Below, piece by piece: positions 8,275 through 16,822 of a stretch of DNA of 20,000 nucleotides. A program made the translations under genes and the position numbers. The stretch is from an uncultured virus (IMG/VR IMGVR_UViG_3300025108_000038) (lineage: Duplodnaviria > Heunggongvirae > Uroviricota > Caudoviricetes > Crassvirales), in the IMG/VR virus record IMGVR_UViG_3300025108_000038; one strand, 5' to 3'. The first letter of the stretch is position 1, and each line of letters starts with the position of its first letter. The notes under the pieces are model-generated. The model searched no databases. It was not told the DNA's origin and saw only the letters and a program-made list of their open reading frames with translations.

Positions 8275-8529
8275 ATGTCAAAGCAATTAAGTAAAGAGCA
8301 ATTAGAATTATTACAAGGTTTACAAAAACAATTTAATGATTCAAAATTTGAAATCGCAGATTTAGAAATTAAAAAAGCTGAACTTGTTTCAGGTATAGCT
8401 GATATTAAGGCAAAGTTTGCTGAACAAGAAAAATCTTTAATGGAAGAATTTGGTCAGAATGCAGTTATAAACCTGCAAACTGGAGAAGTTAAAGAACCAG
8501 AAGAAAAACCTTTAGAGGTAGCAGAATAA
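8275..8529 (+). CDS. Small coiled-coil protein (ending FG...INLQTGE); possible fibre assembly helper
   Basis: Heptad-rich helix, located directly after the fibre genes. The function is inferred from position only. Confidence 0.6.
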   Translation: MSKQLSKEQLELLQGLQKQFNDSKFEIADLEIKKAELVSGIADIKAKFAEQEKSLMEEFGQNAVINLQTGEVKEPEEKPLEVAE

Positions 8530-8535
8530 AAAAAC

Positions 8536-9069
8536 ATGGCAAAAATAAGCAACACATCAGCGTATCCTAATATTAGTAATATTGATGTAGCAGATTATTT
8601 AATTATAACTGATGCAGAAAATAACTTAATGACTAAAACTTGCACTATATCGCAGTTACAGTCTAATTTTGGGGTTGACACGCTTGTTGCTCATATGGAA
8701 GTCACAGCAGCAGGACTGCAAAGTTTAGCTACAGGTTATAAAATAATTGAAGCTCAAGGAGCTAATAAGGTTATAGATGTAATATCTATTGCTGTGTATG
8801 GTCAATTCGGTTCTGCGGCTTATGATTTTAGCGATGACTTAGAGTTTGATTGTAATTCTACTGTTTATGCAACTTTAGCAGCTGTAACTGCAAATGGTAG
8901 TGCAGATTATTCAATGAAACTTAAAGTAGGCGGAGGATCTGGAAATTCTTTAGCTCTTTCTGCTAATCAACCTCTTAGTTTATTTTCCAGTTCTAATCCA
9001 ACGCAAGGTGATGGTAAATTATTTGTCAATGTGTTTTATAGAGTCCTAACATTAGGGCCAGCATTTTAA
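8536..9069 (+). CDS. Putative virion protein with the shared N-terminal fibre motif
   Basis: MAKIS...DYLIITDAENNLMTKTCTISQL resembles the N-terminus of 2139..2849; the C-terminal domain is beta-rich. Confidence 0.6.
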   Translation: MAKISNTSAYPNISNIDVADYLIITDAENNLMTKTCTISQLQSNFGVDTLVAHMEVTAAGLQSLATGYKIIEAQGANKVIDVISIAVYGQFGSAAYDFSDDLEFDCNSTVYATLAAVTANGSADYSMKLKVGGGSGNSLALSANQPLSLFSSSNPTQGDGKLFVNVFYRVLTLGPAF

Positions 9070-9074
9070 ATTAA

Positions 9075-9299
9075 ATGGACATAAGAAAAATTTCAATCGG
9101 AGCAGATTATAAGTCTGGCGCTATGCATTATATAGTCGGTCAAGATGTTTTAGGTGGAAGCTACGGAATACATCTTATACAACATGACATTCAAGCTAAG
9201 TCTTATAAAATCTGGATTATGAAGCAGAATGAAGTTTTGCTTTGGAAAGAATTTAAGTGTACCTTACCTATATCTTTAGAATATAATATAAATTTTTAA
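9075..9299 (+). CDS. Hypothetical protein (IRKISIG.DYK..AMHY.VGQ)
   Basis: Clean ORF with an AATTAAATG start context, coupled by TAATG to the GroES-like gene. Confidence 0.75.
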   Translation: MDIRKISIGADYKSGAMHYIVGQDVLGGSYGIHLIQHDIQAKSYKIWIMKQNEVLLWKEFKCTLPISLEYNINF

Positions 9300-9862
9300 T
9301 GAAATCTCCTTATTCGTTTATCGTAAAGCCTTATAATAATAAGAGATACGATAATACAAAAGCTTATGGTGATATAAATTTCATTGTAAGCACCTCAGAA
9401 GAAGACCATAGCGCCTCTAATCGCTATGCGGTAGTAGTATCTACTCCTATAAACTATAAAGGGCCTGTAAAAGAAGGTGATATGCTTTTAGTTCATCATA
9501 ATGTTTTTAAGTTTTACTACGATATGTATGGTCGAAGAAAAAGTGGAAAAAGTTTTTTTATGGAAGACTTGTTCCTTGTTGATCCAGATCAATTTTTTTT
9601 ATATAAACAAAATGGAGAATGGAAAGGATATAATAAGTATTGTTTTATAAAACCATCTCCAACTAAAAAATCTTTTATAAAAAAATCAATTACAGAAGAG
9701 CCTTTGTTTGGAACAATAAAATACATTAACGATCAGTTGTTAAGTATGGGCTTGAAAGTTGGCGATGAAATATCTTATCAGCCAGATAGTGAATATGAGT
9801 TTAATATTGACGGAGAAAGACTCTACAGAATGTTTACCAATAATATAACTTTTTCTTTATGA
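9299..9862 (+). CDS. GroES/Cpn10-like co-chaperonin, apparently two tandem domains
   Basis: Domain 1: FIVKP...AVVVSTP...VKEGDMLLV. Domain 2: CFIKP...GTIKY...LKVGDEISY...EFNIDGERLYRM...I. Both follow the GroES pattern (V.VK...G.V.AV...VKVGD.V...E...DG..Y..M....I). Confidence 0.7.
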   Translation: MKSPYSFIVKPYNNKRYDNTKAYGDINFIVSTSEEDHSASNRYAVVVSTPINYKGPVKEGDMLLVHHNVFKFYYDMYGRRKSGKSFFMEDLFLVDPDQFFLYKQNGEWKGYNKYCFIKPSPTKKSFIKKSITEEPLFGTIKYINDQLLSMGLKVGDEISYQPDSEYEFNIDGERLYRMFTNNITFSL

Positions 9863-10443
9863 TTTATATATTAGATGACTTTGTAGAAAAAAGTTTATTT
9901 AAAATAGCTAATGACTATTTAGATAAAAATACTTTTAATAAAATAAAAGCAGGAGATAAAGATTTTCATATACAGCAATCAAATAAAGAGTTTGATAAAT
10001 ATGTAACCTCCAGGCTATCCATGGTAGAGGGTAAAGAAATAAAAAATATTTTAAGTTTTTTTAGAATATCTACAGACTCCTTAGATGTTTCTTGGAGGAT
10101 TCATTCTGATTTAAATATTAATGGCGAAAAACCAGACAGAGCTTTAGTGCTTTATTTATCTCCAAGGGAAAAAGAAGATCTTCATGGTACTGCTTTATGG
10201 GAACACGATATATATGGAAGGGAGATTCCTAAAGAAATAACTGATGAAGATTACGATAAAATGATTAAATTAGATGCTAATAACTTAGACAGGTGGAGAT
10301 TAAGCACAGTAGTTGGTTATGAAGAAAATAGATTAGTTTCTTACCCTTCAAGTTATTTTCATAGCAAATACCCAAATATATCATGGAAAGAAGGAAGAAA
10401 AGTTTTTGTTATGTTTTATAAAGTTTCTGATTATGAAGAATAA
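9859..10443 (+). CDS. 2OG-Fe(II) dioxygenase-like protein
   Basis: YILDDF start, IHSD (HxD), ALVLYL, GT, NRLVSYPSSYFH (distal His) and GRKVFVMFY (2OG-binding Arg). ATGA overlap with the upstream gene. Confidence 0.85.
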   Translation: MIYILDDFVEKSLFKIANDYLDKNTFNKIKAGDKDFHIQQSNKEFDKYVTSRLSMVEGKEIKNILSFFRISTDSLDVSWRIHSDLNINGEKPDRALVLYLSPREKEDLHGTALWEHDIYGREIPKEITDEDYDKMIKLDANNLDRWRLSTVVGYEENRLVSYPSSYFHSKYPNISWKEGRKVFVMFYKVSDYEE

Positions 10444-10561
10444 AAAAGTTGAAAAAAACAACACTGAATGGTATGAGAAGATAGATAAATTAAAACTTAA
10501 ATATAATCGAAATAAAGATGGATATAAAAAACATAAAAAAAGAGATTATAAAAGCTGGTGA
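10433..10561 (+). CDS. Possible 42-aa basic peptide (not in ORF track)
   Basis: MKNKKVEKNNTEWYEKIDKLKLKYNRNKDGYKKHKKRDYKSW fills the 10444-10517 gap but overlaps the next gene by 44 nt. Confidence 0.35.
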   Translation: MKNKKVEKNNTEWYEKIDKLKLKYNRNKDGYKKHKKRDYKSW

Positions 10562-10793
10562 GTCAGCTGTTTTGCAATTAATAAAAGTTGCAAAAGAAGA
10601 TATTATTAAGTATGATAAAGATGATGAGCTGGCTGCTGATAGATTGAAAAATGCAGCTGCTACAAAAAAACTTTGTATTATGGATGCTTTTGAAATACTG
10701 AAAAAAATTCAAGAAGAAAAAGATCAAATAGAAGGAATAGATACTAAAAAAAATAATACACCAAAAGGATTTGCAGAGTCAAGATCAAAATAA
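10518..10793 (+). CDS. Putative terminase small subunit
   Basis: 91-aa helical protein immediately upstream of and overlapping terL. The call is positional. Confidence 0.55.
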   Translation: MDIKNIKKEIIKAGESAVLQLIKVAKEDIIKYDKDDELAADRLKNAAATKKLCIMDAFEILKKIQEEKDQIEGIDTKKNNTPKGFAESRSK

Positions 10794-13020
10794 ATTATAC
10801 ACTGAACTTAAAAATATAGTTCCTAAAAATGTTTTGTCAATAAAAAACAAGTCTAAGTCATGGGCTTATGGGTATAATGAAAAATACAATTTTGTTGTTA
10901 TATCAAAAACAGGTCAAATTGATCAAGTAATAAATATTAGTGGCCTCAATATAGCTCTTCCAAAACTTTCAAAAGATATAATTAAAAGATCAAAAAAAAA
11001 AGAAGATCAATTCTGGGAATCTAAAGAGCTACCTAAACAATTAAAAAAAATAAAGTCTATTTTTCAATGGCATGAAGCTCCTTTAAGTTTTAAAAATGAG
11101 TGGATTGATTATATTGAAAATGAATTTAATTACAGAGAATTAGGGTGTTGGTTTTACAACAATGGAGTTCCTACTTACATTACAGGAACTCATTATATGT
11201 ATCTTCAATGGACAAAGATAGATGTAGGTCTTCCTGACTACAGGGAAGCTAATAGAGTTTTTTATATATTTTGGGAAGCCTGTAAAGCAGATAAAAGAAG
11301 TTTTGGAATGGATTATTTAAAAATTAGGCGTTCAGGATTTTCTTTTATGGCTTCATGTGAAGGAGTAAATACTGGTACAATTACAAAAGATGCTCGTATT
11401 GGAGTTTTATCTAAAACAGGATCTGATGCCAAAAAAATGTTTACTGACAAAATAGTTCCTATATCAAACAACTACCCTTTCTTTTTTAAGCCCATACAAG
11501 ATGGTATGGATAAACCAAAAACAGAATTAGCCTATAGAGTACCTGCTTCAAAAATTACTAAAAAAAATATGTATTTAACTGAAGACCAGGAACTTGAAGG
11601 TCTTGATACTACTATTGACTGGAAAAATACTGGAGATAACAGTTATGATGGTGAAAAATTACAATTGTTACTACATGATGAAAGTGGAAAGTGGGAAAAG
11701 CCTGATAACATTTTAAACAACTGGAGGGTTACTAAAACCTGTCTTAGATTAGGTAGTAAAGTTATTGGTAAATGTATGATGGGATCTACATCAAATGCTC
11801 TTGACAAGGGTGGTAGTAATTTTAAAAAATTATACATTGATTCTGATTGTGGAAAACGAAACTCAAATGGTCAAACTAAAAGTGGGTTATATTCACTTTT
11901 CATCCCTATGGAATGGAATATGGAGGGCTTTATTGACAGATATGGAATGCCTGTTTTTAGGTCTCCTGATTCGCCAATACTTGGTATTGATGGAGAGATG
12001 ATAAGTCAAGGAGCTTTAGATTACTGGGAAAATGAAGTTGATTCATTGAAGCAAGATCCTGATGCTCTAAATGAGTTTTACAGACAATTTCCAAGATCAG
12101 AATCTCACGCTTTTAGAGATGAAAGCAAACAGTCTATATTTAATTTAACTAAAATATATCAGCAAATTGACTACAATGATTCTTTAATTACAGCCAGATA
12201 TGTAACTCAAGGATCTTTTTCTTGGGAGAACGGAATTAAAGATACCAGGGTTATTTGGTCACCTAATAAAAGAGGAAGATTTTTTGTAACTTGGTTACCA
12301 GAAAAAGCATTGCAAAATAATGTTATAACAAAAAATGGAGTAAAATACCCAGGGAATGAACACGTAGGTACATTTGGGTGTGATTCATACGACATATCAG
12401 GTGTTGTTGTTGGAAAAGGATCTAATGGTTCTTTACATGGATTAACAAAATTTAATATGGATAACGCTCCAAGCAATGAGTTTTTTTTAGAATACATAGC
12501 TCGTCCTCAAACTGCTGAGTTGTTTTTTGAAGATGTTTTAATGGCTATGGTGTTTTATGGAATGCCTATTTTGTGTGAAAATAATAAACCTCGTTTATTA
12601 TATCACTTAAAAAACAGGGGTTACAGACAATTTAGTTTAAATAGACCTGACAAAAGGTTTAACAAATTGTCTAAAACAGAAAAAGAATTGGGAGGAATAC
12701 CAAATTCAAGTGAAGACGTAAAACAATCTCACGCCTCTGCTATAGAGTCTTACATAGAAAAGTATGTTGGATTAGATATGCAGGGTTCGTACAGAGATAA
12801 AGACGATATGGGTATAATGCATTTTCAAAGAACTTTAGAGGATTGGGCTAAGTTTGATATAAGTAACAGAACTAAATTTGATGCGTCTATTAGTTCAGGT
12901 TTAGCTATAATGGCAAATCAAAAACACCTATACACTCCGTCTAAACAAAAATCGAAAATAAGCATTAACTTTGCAAGATATAATAACACAGCTTCGGTTA
13001 GTCAATTAATTAATAAATGA
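10771..13020 (+). CDS. terL: Terminase large subunit
   Basis: YLKIRRSGFS (Walker A variant), LLLHDESGKW (Walker B), MMGSTSN (coupling motif), FGCDSYD and CENNK (RNase H-like nuclease). The start is TTG and uncertain. Confidence 0.92.
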   Translation: MQSQDQNKLYTELKNIVPKNVLSIKNKSKSWAYGYNEKYNFVVISKTGQIDQVINISGLNIALPKLSKDIIKRSKKKEDQFWESKELPKQLKKIKSIFQWHEAPLSFKNEWIDYIENEFNYRELGCWFYNNGVPTYITGTHYMYLQWTKIDVGLPDYREANRVFYIFWEACKADKRSFGMDYLKIRRSGFSFMASCEGVNTGTITKDARIGVLSKTGSDAKKMFTDKIVPISNNYPFFFKPIQDGMDKPKTELAYRVPASKITKKNMYLTEDQELEGLDTTIDWKNTGDNSYDGEKLQLLLHDESGKWEKPDNILNNWRVTKTCLRLGSKVIGKCMMGSTSNALDKGGSNFKKLYIDSDCGKRNSNGQTKSGLYSLFIPMEWNMEGFIDRYGMPVFRSPDSPILGIDGEMISQGALDYWENEVDSLKQDPDALNEFYRQFPRSESHAFRDESKQSIFNLTKIYQQIDYNDSLITARYVTQGSFSWENGIKDTRVIWSPNKRGRFFVTWLPEKALQNNVITKNGVKYPGNEHVGTFGCDSYDISGVVVGKGSNGSLHGLTKFNMDNAPSNEFFLEYIARPQTAELFFEDVLMAMVFYGMPILCENNKPRLLYHLKNRGYRQFSLNRPDKRFNKLSKTEKELGGIPNSSEDVKQSHASAIESYIEKYVGLDMQGSYRDKDDMGIMHFQRTLEDWAKFDISNRTKFDASISSGLAIMANQKHLYTPSKQKSKISINFARYNNTASVSQLINK

Positions 13021-15452
13021 AAGATGTAAAAATACAAGTTAACTCGGCTGCTTTTCCTGATCAATTTGAATCAGATTCTGTTAAAGACACAATGGAGTTT
13101 GGCTTACAAGTAGGTCAAGCAATTCAGTATGAGTGGTTTAGAAAAGATAGTGGTTCGTGTAGGTTTTATAATCAATGGGCTGACTTTAATAGACTAAGGC
13201 TATACGCAAGAGGAGAGCAGTCTATAAGTAAATATAAAAACGAAATAGCAGTAGATGGAGATTTAAGTCACTTAAATTTAGATTGGACTCCAGTTCCTAT
13301 AATACCTAAGTTTGTAGACATAGTTGTAAACGGAATGTCTGACAGGCTTTTTAAAATAAAAACATACGCTCAAGACGCTATGTCTGCTGAAAAACGTAGT
13401 ATTTTTCAAGACATGGTTCAGGCTGATATGGTAGCAGCGCCAGTGTTAAGGCAGTTAGAAAAAGATTTTGAAATACCTGTTTTTAGTGTTGCTGAAGAAG
13501 AACTTCCTGGAAGTGATGAAGAGCTTGAGTTGTATATGCAAATGAAGTACAAGCCAGCTATTGAGATTGCTCAAGAAGTTGGAATAAATACTTTGTTAGA
13601 TGAAAATCATTACCAAGATATAAGGAAAAGAGTTGACTACGATCAAACTGTTTTAGGCATAGGAATGTGTAAGCATATGTTCTTGCCTGGAACTGGAGTT
13701 AAAGTTGAGTATGTAGATCCAGCAAATGTAGTTTATAGTTACACTGAAGATCCTTATTTTAAAGATAATTTTTATTGGGGAGAAATAAAAACAGTTCCTA
13801 TTGGGGAGCTAATTAAAATAGATCCAGATTTAACTCTTTCTGATTTAGATGAAATTTCTAAATATAGTCAATCTTGGTATCAATATTATAATAATGCTCA
13901 GGCTTATAACAATAGTATGTTTCACAGAGACACTGCTACATTGTTATACTTTAATTACAAGTCTACTCACTCTTTTGTTTATAAAAAGAAAAGAATGTCA
14001 GATGGAAGTTTTAAAACTGTACAGAAGGATGATCAATTTAATCCTCCTGTTGAAATGCAGAAAGAAGGTAATTTTGAAAAAGTTACAAAAAGAATTGATG
14101 TTTGGTATGATGGAGTAATGGTCATGGGTACTAACATAATGCTTCAGTGGAAACTAAGTGAAAATATGGTTAGACCTAAATCTGCTAATCAATACGCAAG
14201 GCCCAACTACATAGCTTGCGCTCCAAGGATGTATAAAGGTTCTGTTGAATCTTTAGTAAGAAGGATGATTCCGTTTGCTGATTTAATTCAAATGACTCAT
14301 TTAAAAATACAGCAAGTAGTTTCAAGGGTAGTTCCTGATGGAGTTTTTATTGATGCTGATGGATTAAACGAAGTGGATTTAGGTACTGGAAGTGCTTATA
14401 ATCCAGAAGATGCTTTAAGACTTTACTTCCAAACAGGTAGTGTTATTGGTAGAAGTTTTACTCAAGATGGAGAGTTTAATAATGCTAAAGTACCTATAAC
14501 TCAGTTAACTGCTTCAAGCGGAGCAGGTAAAATGCAAATGCTTATAGGTAATTATAATCACTATTTAGATATGATCAGGGCAGTGACTGGGCTTAACGAA
14601 GCTCGTGATGGTTCAAGTCCAGATCCAAATTCTTTAGTTGGCGTAAATAAATTAGCAGCATTAAATTCCAATACAGCAACAAGACATATTTTACAAGCAA
14701 GTTTATATATGACTCGAAGTTTAGCGGAGTGCTTATCAATAAGAATGGCAGATATATTAGAATATTCTGATTTTAAAGATGAGTTTGCTATGCAAATCGG
14801 TAAATATAATTTACAGATTATTGATGAAATAAAAAGTCTTTATATATATGATTTTGGAATATTTATAGAAATGTCTCCAGATGAAGAGGAAAAAGCTATG
14901 CTTGAACAAAATATTCAAATGGCTTTATCTAAAGAAAATATAAGTCTTGAGGATGCTATAGATATTAGGGAAATACATAATCTAAAGATGGCTAATCAAT
15001 TGCTTAAATTAAAGCGTAAGCAAAAGCAAGACAGAGAGCAGCAGATGCAAATGCAACAACAAGAAATGCAAGCTCAACAGCAAATGCAAGCTCAAGAAGC
15101 CGCGGCTCAACAGCAAATGCAAATAACTCAACAATCAGCTGCCACTAAAATGGAAACAATGACAGCTGAATCTCAAATGGCAATTCAAAAAATGCAAATG
15201 GAAGCTCAGTTAAAAACTAAATTAATGGAGGTTGAGTTTAATTATCAAATGCAATTAAAAGGGCTTGAGCAGTCTCAAATAGATCAAAGAGAAAAAAACA
15301 GAGAGTCTGAAAAAAATAAAAGAATAAACCAACAATCTTCTAATCAATCTAAAATGATTGAACAACGAAAACGTAATTTACCTTCTATTAATTTTGAATC
15401 AAATGAGGATAGTTTAGATGGTTTTGATTTTTCTGAGTTTAACCCAAGATAA
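13017..15452 (+). CDS. Portal protein
   Basis: 811 aa directly after terL (ATGA overlap), with PIIPKFVDIVV and TGLNEARDG motifs and a Q/M-rich C-terminal coiled coil. Confidence 0.88.
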   Translation: MKDVKIQVNSAAFPDQFESDSVKDTMEFGLQVGQAIQYEWFRKDSGSCRFYNQWADFNRLRLYARGEQSISKYKNEIAVDGDLSHLNLDWTPVPIIPKFVDIVVNGMSDRLFKIKTYAQDAMSAEKRSIFQDMVQADMVAAPVLRQLEKDFEIPVFSVAEEELPGSDEELELYMQMKYKPAIEIAQEVGINTLLDENHYQDIRKRVDYDQTVLGIGMCKHMFLPGTGVKVEYVDPANVVYSYTEDPYFKDNFYWGEIKTVPIGELIKIDPDLTLSDLDEISKYSQSWYQYYNNAQAYNNSMFHRDTATLLYFNYKSTHSFVYKKKRMSDGSFKTVQKDDQFNPPVEMQKEGNFEKVTKRIDVWYDGVMVMGTNIMLQWKLSENMVRPKSANQYARPNYIACAPRMYKGSVESLVRRMIPFADLIQMTHLKIQQVVSRVVPDGVFIDADGLNEVDLGTGSAYNPEDALRLYFQTGSVIGRSFTQDGEFNNAKVPITQLTASSGAGKMQMLIGNYNHYLDMIRAVTGLNEARDGSSPDPNSLVGVNKLAALNSNTATRHILQASLYMTRSLAECLSIRMADILEYSDFKDEFAMQIGKYNLQIIDEIKSLYIYDFGIFIEMSPDEEEKAMLEQNIQMALSKENISLEDAIDIREIHNLKMANQLLKLKRKQKQDREQQMQMQQQEMQAQQQMQAQEAAAQQQMQITQQSAATKMETMTAESQMAIQKMQMEAQLKTKLMEVEFNYQMQLKGLEQSQIDQREKNRESEKNKRINQQSSNQSKMIEQRKRNLPSINFESNEDSLDGFDFSEFNPR
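15040..15135 (+). repeat. Gln/Met-rich coding low-complexity repeat, including 18-bp GCTCAACAGCAAATGCAA twice (15072-15089, 15105-15122)
   Basis: Read directly; encodes QQMQMQQQEMQAQQQMQAQEAAAQQQMQ. Confidence 0.8.
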
Positions 15453-15460
15453 ATAAAGTA

Positions 15461-15595
15461 ATGATAGAAAAAACATCAGGGCCACAATTGAATCAAGTAA
15501 GATCTGATTTTAATAAAAGAGTCACAAAAAAAGCTATGTTAGGCAAGACTAAAAAAATACAATGGGAAGCCAGACGAAGGTTTTCTAATATTTAA
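15461..15595 (+). CDS. 44-aa basic peptide between portal and scaffold (not in ORF track)
   Basis: MIEKTSGPQLNQVRSDFNKRVTKKAMLGKTKKIQWEARRRFSNI starts 8 nt after the portal stop and ends before the next promoter, filling the gap. Confidence 0.6.
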   Translation: MIEKTSGPQLNQVRSDFNKRVTKKAMLGKTKKIQWEARRRFSNI

Positions 15596-15625
15596 AACCG
15601 CCTAAAATATAATTAAAATAAGTAT

Positions 15626-15633
15626 TAACTTTG
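15626..15633 (+). promoter_or_regulatory. Bacteroidota -7 element TAACTTTG, upstream of scaffold and capsid genes
   Basis: TAnnTTTG, intergenic, 16 nt upstream of ATG15650. Confidence 0.7.
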
Positions 15634-15649
15634 TTAAAAATAAAATCAA

Positions 15650-16807
15650 ATGGAATTTAAAGTAAAAGCAGTAGACGGAAATGTCGAAGAAAAATCAAGA
15701 GCGCAAGTTGAAGAAGCTTTATTAAAAGAACACGCTGAACAATTTGAACAACAAAACACAGAAAAACCTATCGATAAGATAGATTTATCTGGAAAAGAAA
15801 ATTCACCTGTCGAAGAACAGCCAAAGGAAGCGTTAAAAGAGGCTGCTGCTGATTTTTCAAAAGAAACAGAGGTAAAAGAAGAAGATGTTCTTGGTTATAT
15901 TAAGAACAGATATGATAAGAATATATCATCAGTAGATGAATTATTTTCTGAAAAAGAACTAAATGATGAGCTACCTGAAGATGTTTCTAAGTATTTAAAA
16001 TATAAACAGGAAACTGGACGTGGTATTAATGACTTTTATAAATTACAAAAAGACATTGATAGTATGGAGGATGATACCATACTTGCTAATTATTATGAAT
16101 CGACTGAAGATGGTTTAGACTCAGAAGATATTCAAGATATTATTGCAGACAAATTTTCTTATGATGAAGATTTAGATGATGAAAAAGATATTAGAAAAAT
16201 AAAATTAGCTAAAAAAAGAGAACTTTCTAAAGCAAAGAAATTTCTTAATGAACAGAAAGATAAATATAAAGTTCCTCTTGAGTCAAGTGGGGGCGGATTG
16301 TCCGAAGATCAGCAAGATGATTTAGATGCATATAAAAAGTATATAGAGGAATCTAAAAGTATTGAAGAAGTAAATAGGAAGAGATACAATTATTTCTTAG
16401 ATAAAACCGAGTCGGTTTTTAACAACGAGTTCAAAGGTTTTGAATTTTCAGTTGGTGATAAAAATATTTCTTTTAAACCAGGAGACGCACAAGAGCTAAA
16501 AAATGTCCAATCTGACGTTAACAATTTCGTTAACAAATTTATGGATAAAGATGGTTTAATTAACGATCCTGTAGGATATCATAAAGCCTTTTCGGTTGCT
16601 ATGAATCCTGATAAATTTGCTAAACACTTTTATGACCAGGGTGTTGCCGCAGCTGTAGATAATGTTTCAAGAAAATCTAAAAACATAAATATGGATGTAA
16701 GACAACAATCTCAATCGGTTTCTAAAAACGGAATCACGATTAGACCTATGAATGTAAGTAATGATAGTGGAAGAGGACTCAAAATTAAAAGTAGAAAAAA
16801 TAATTAA
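15650..16807 (+). CDS. Putative capsid scaffolding / assembly protein
   Basis: Very acidic, helical 385-aa protein with a basic extreme C-terminus, located between portal and major capsid protein. Confidence 0.7.
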   Translation: MEFKVKAVDGNVEEKSRAQVEEALLKEHAEQFEQQNTEKPIDKIDLSGKENSPVEEQPKEALKEAAADFSKETEVKEEDVLGYIKNRYDKNISSVDELFSEKELNDELPEDVSKYLKYKQETGRGINDFYKLQKDIDSMEDDTILANYYESTEDGLDSEDIQDIIADKFSYDEDLDDEKDIRKIKLAKKRELSKAKKFLNEQKDKYKVPLESSGGGLSEDQQDDLDAYKKYIEESKSIEEVNRKRYNYFLDKTESVFNNEFKGFEFSVGDKNISFKPGDAQELKNVQSDVNNFVNKFMDKDGLINDPVGYHKAFSVAMNPDKFAKHFYDQGVAAAVDNVSRKSKNINMDVRQQSQSVSKNGITIRPMNVSNDSGRGLKIKSRKNN

Positions 16808-16822
16808 TAAAAAAACAAAATT

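Noticed and set aside
15040..15135. CAA/CAG-rich repeat as a CRISPR array or regulatory repeat
   Set aside because: It is in-frame Gln/Met low-complexity coding sequence of the portal coiled coil, with no repeat-spacer structure.
10771..15452. Intein or intron in the unusually long terL or portal
   Set aside because: No intein boundary (C...HN-C/S/T) or LAGLIDADG/HNH motifs were noticed, the frames are uninterrupted, and the lengths are in line with what I recall for this phage lineage.
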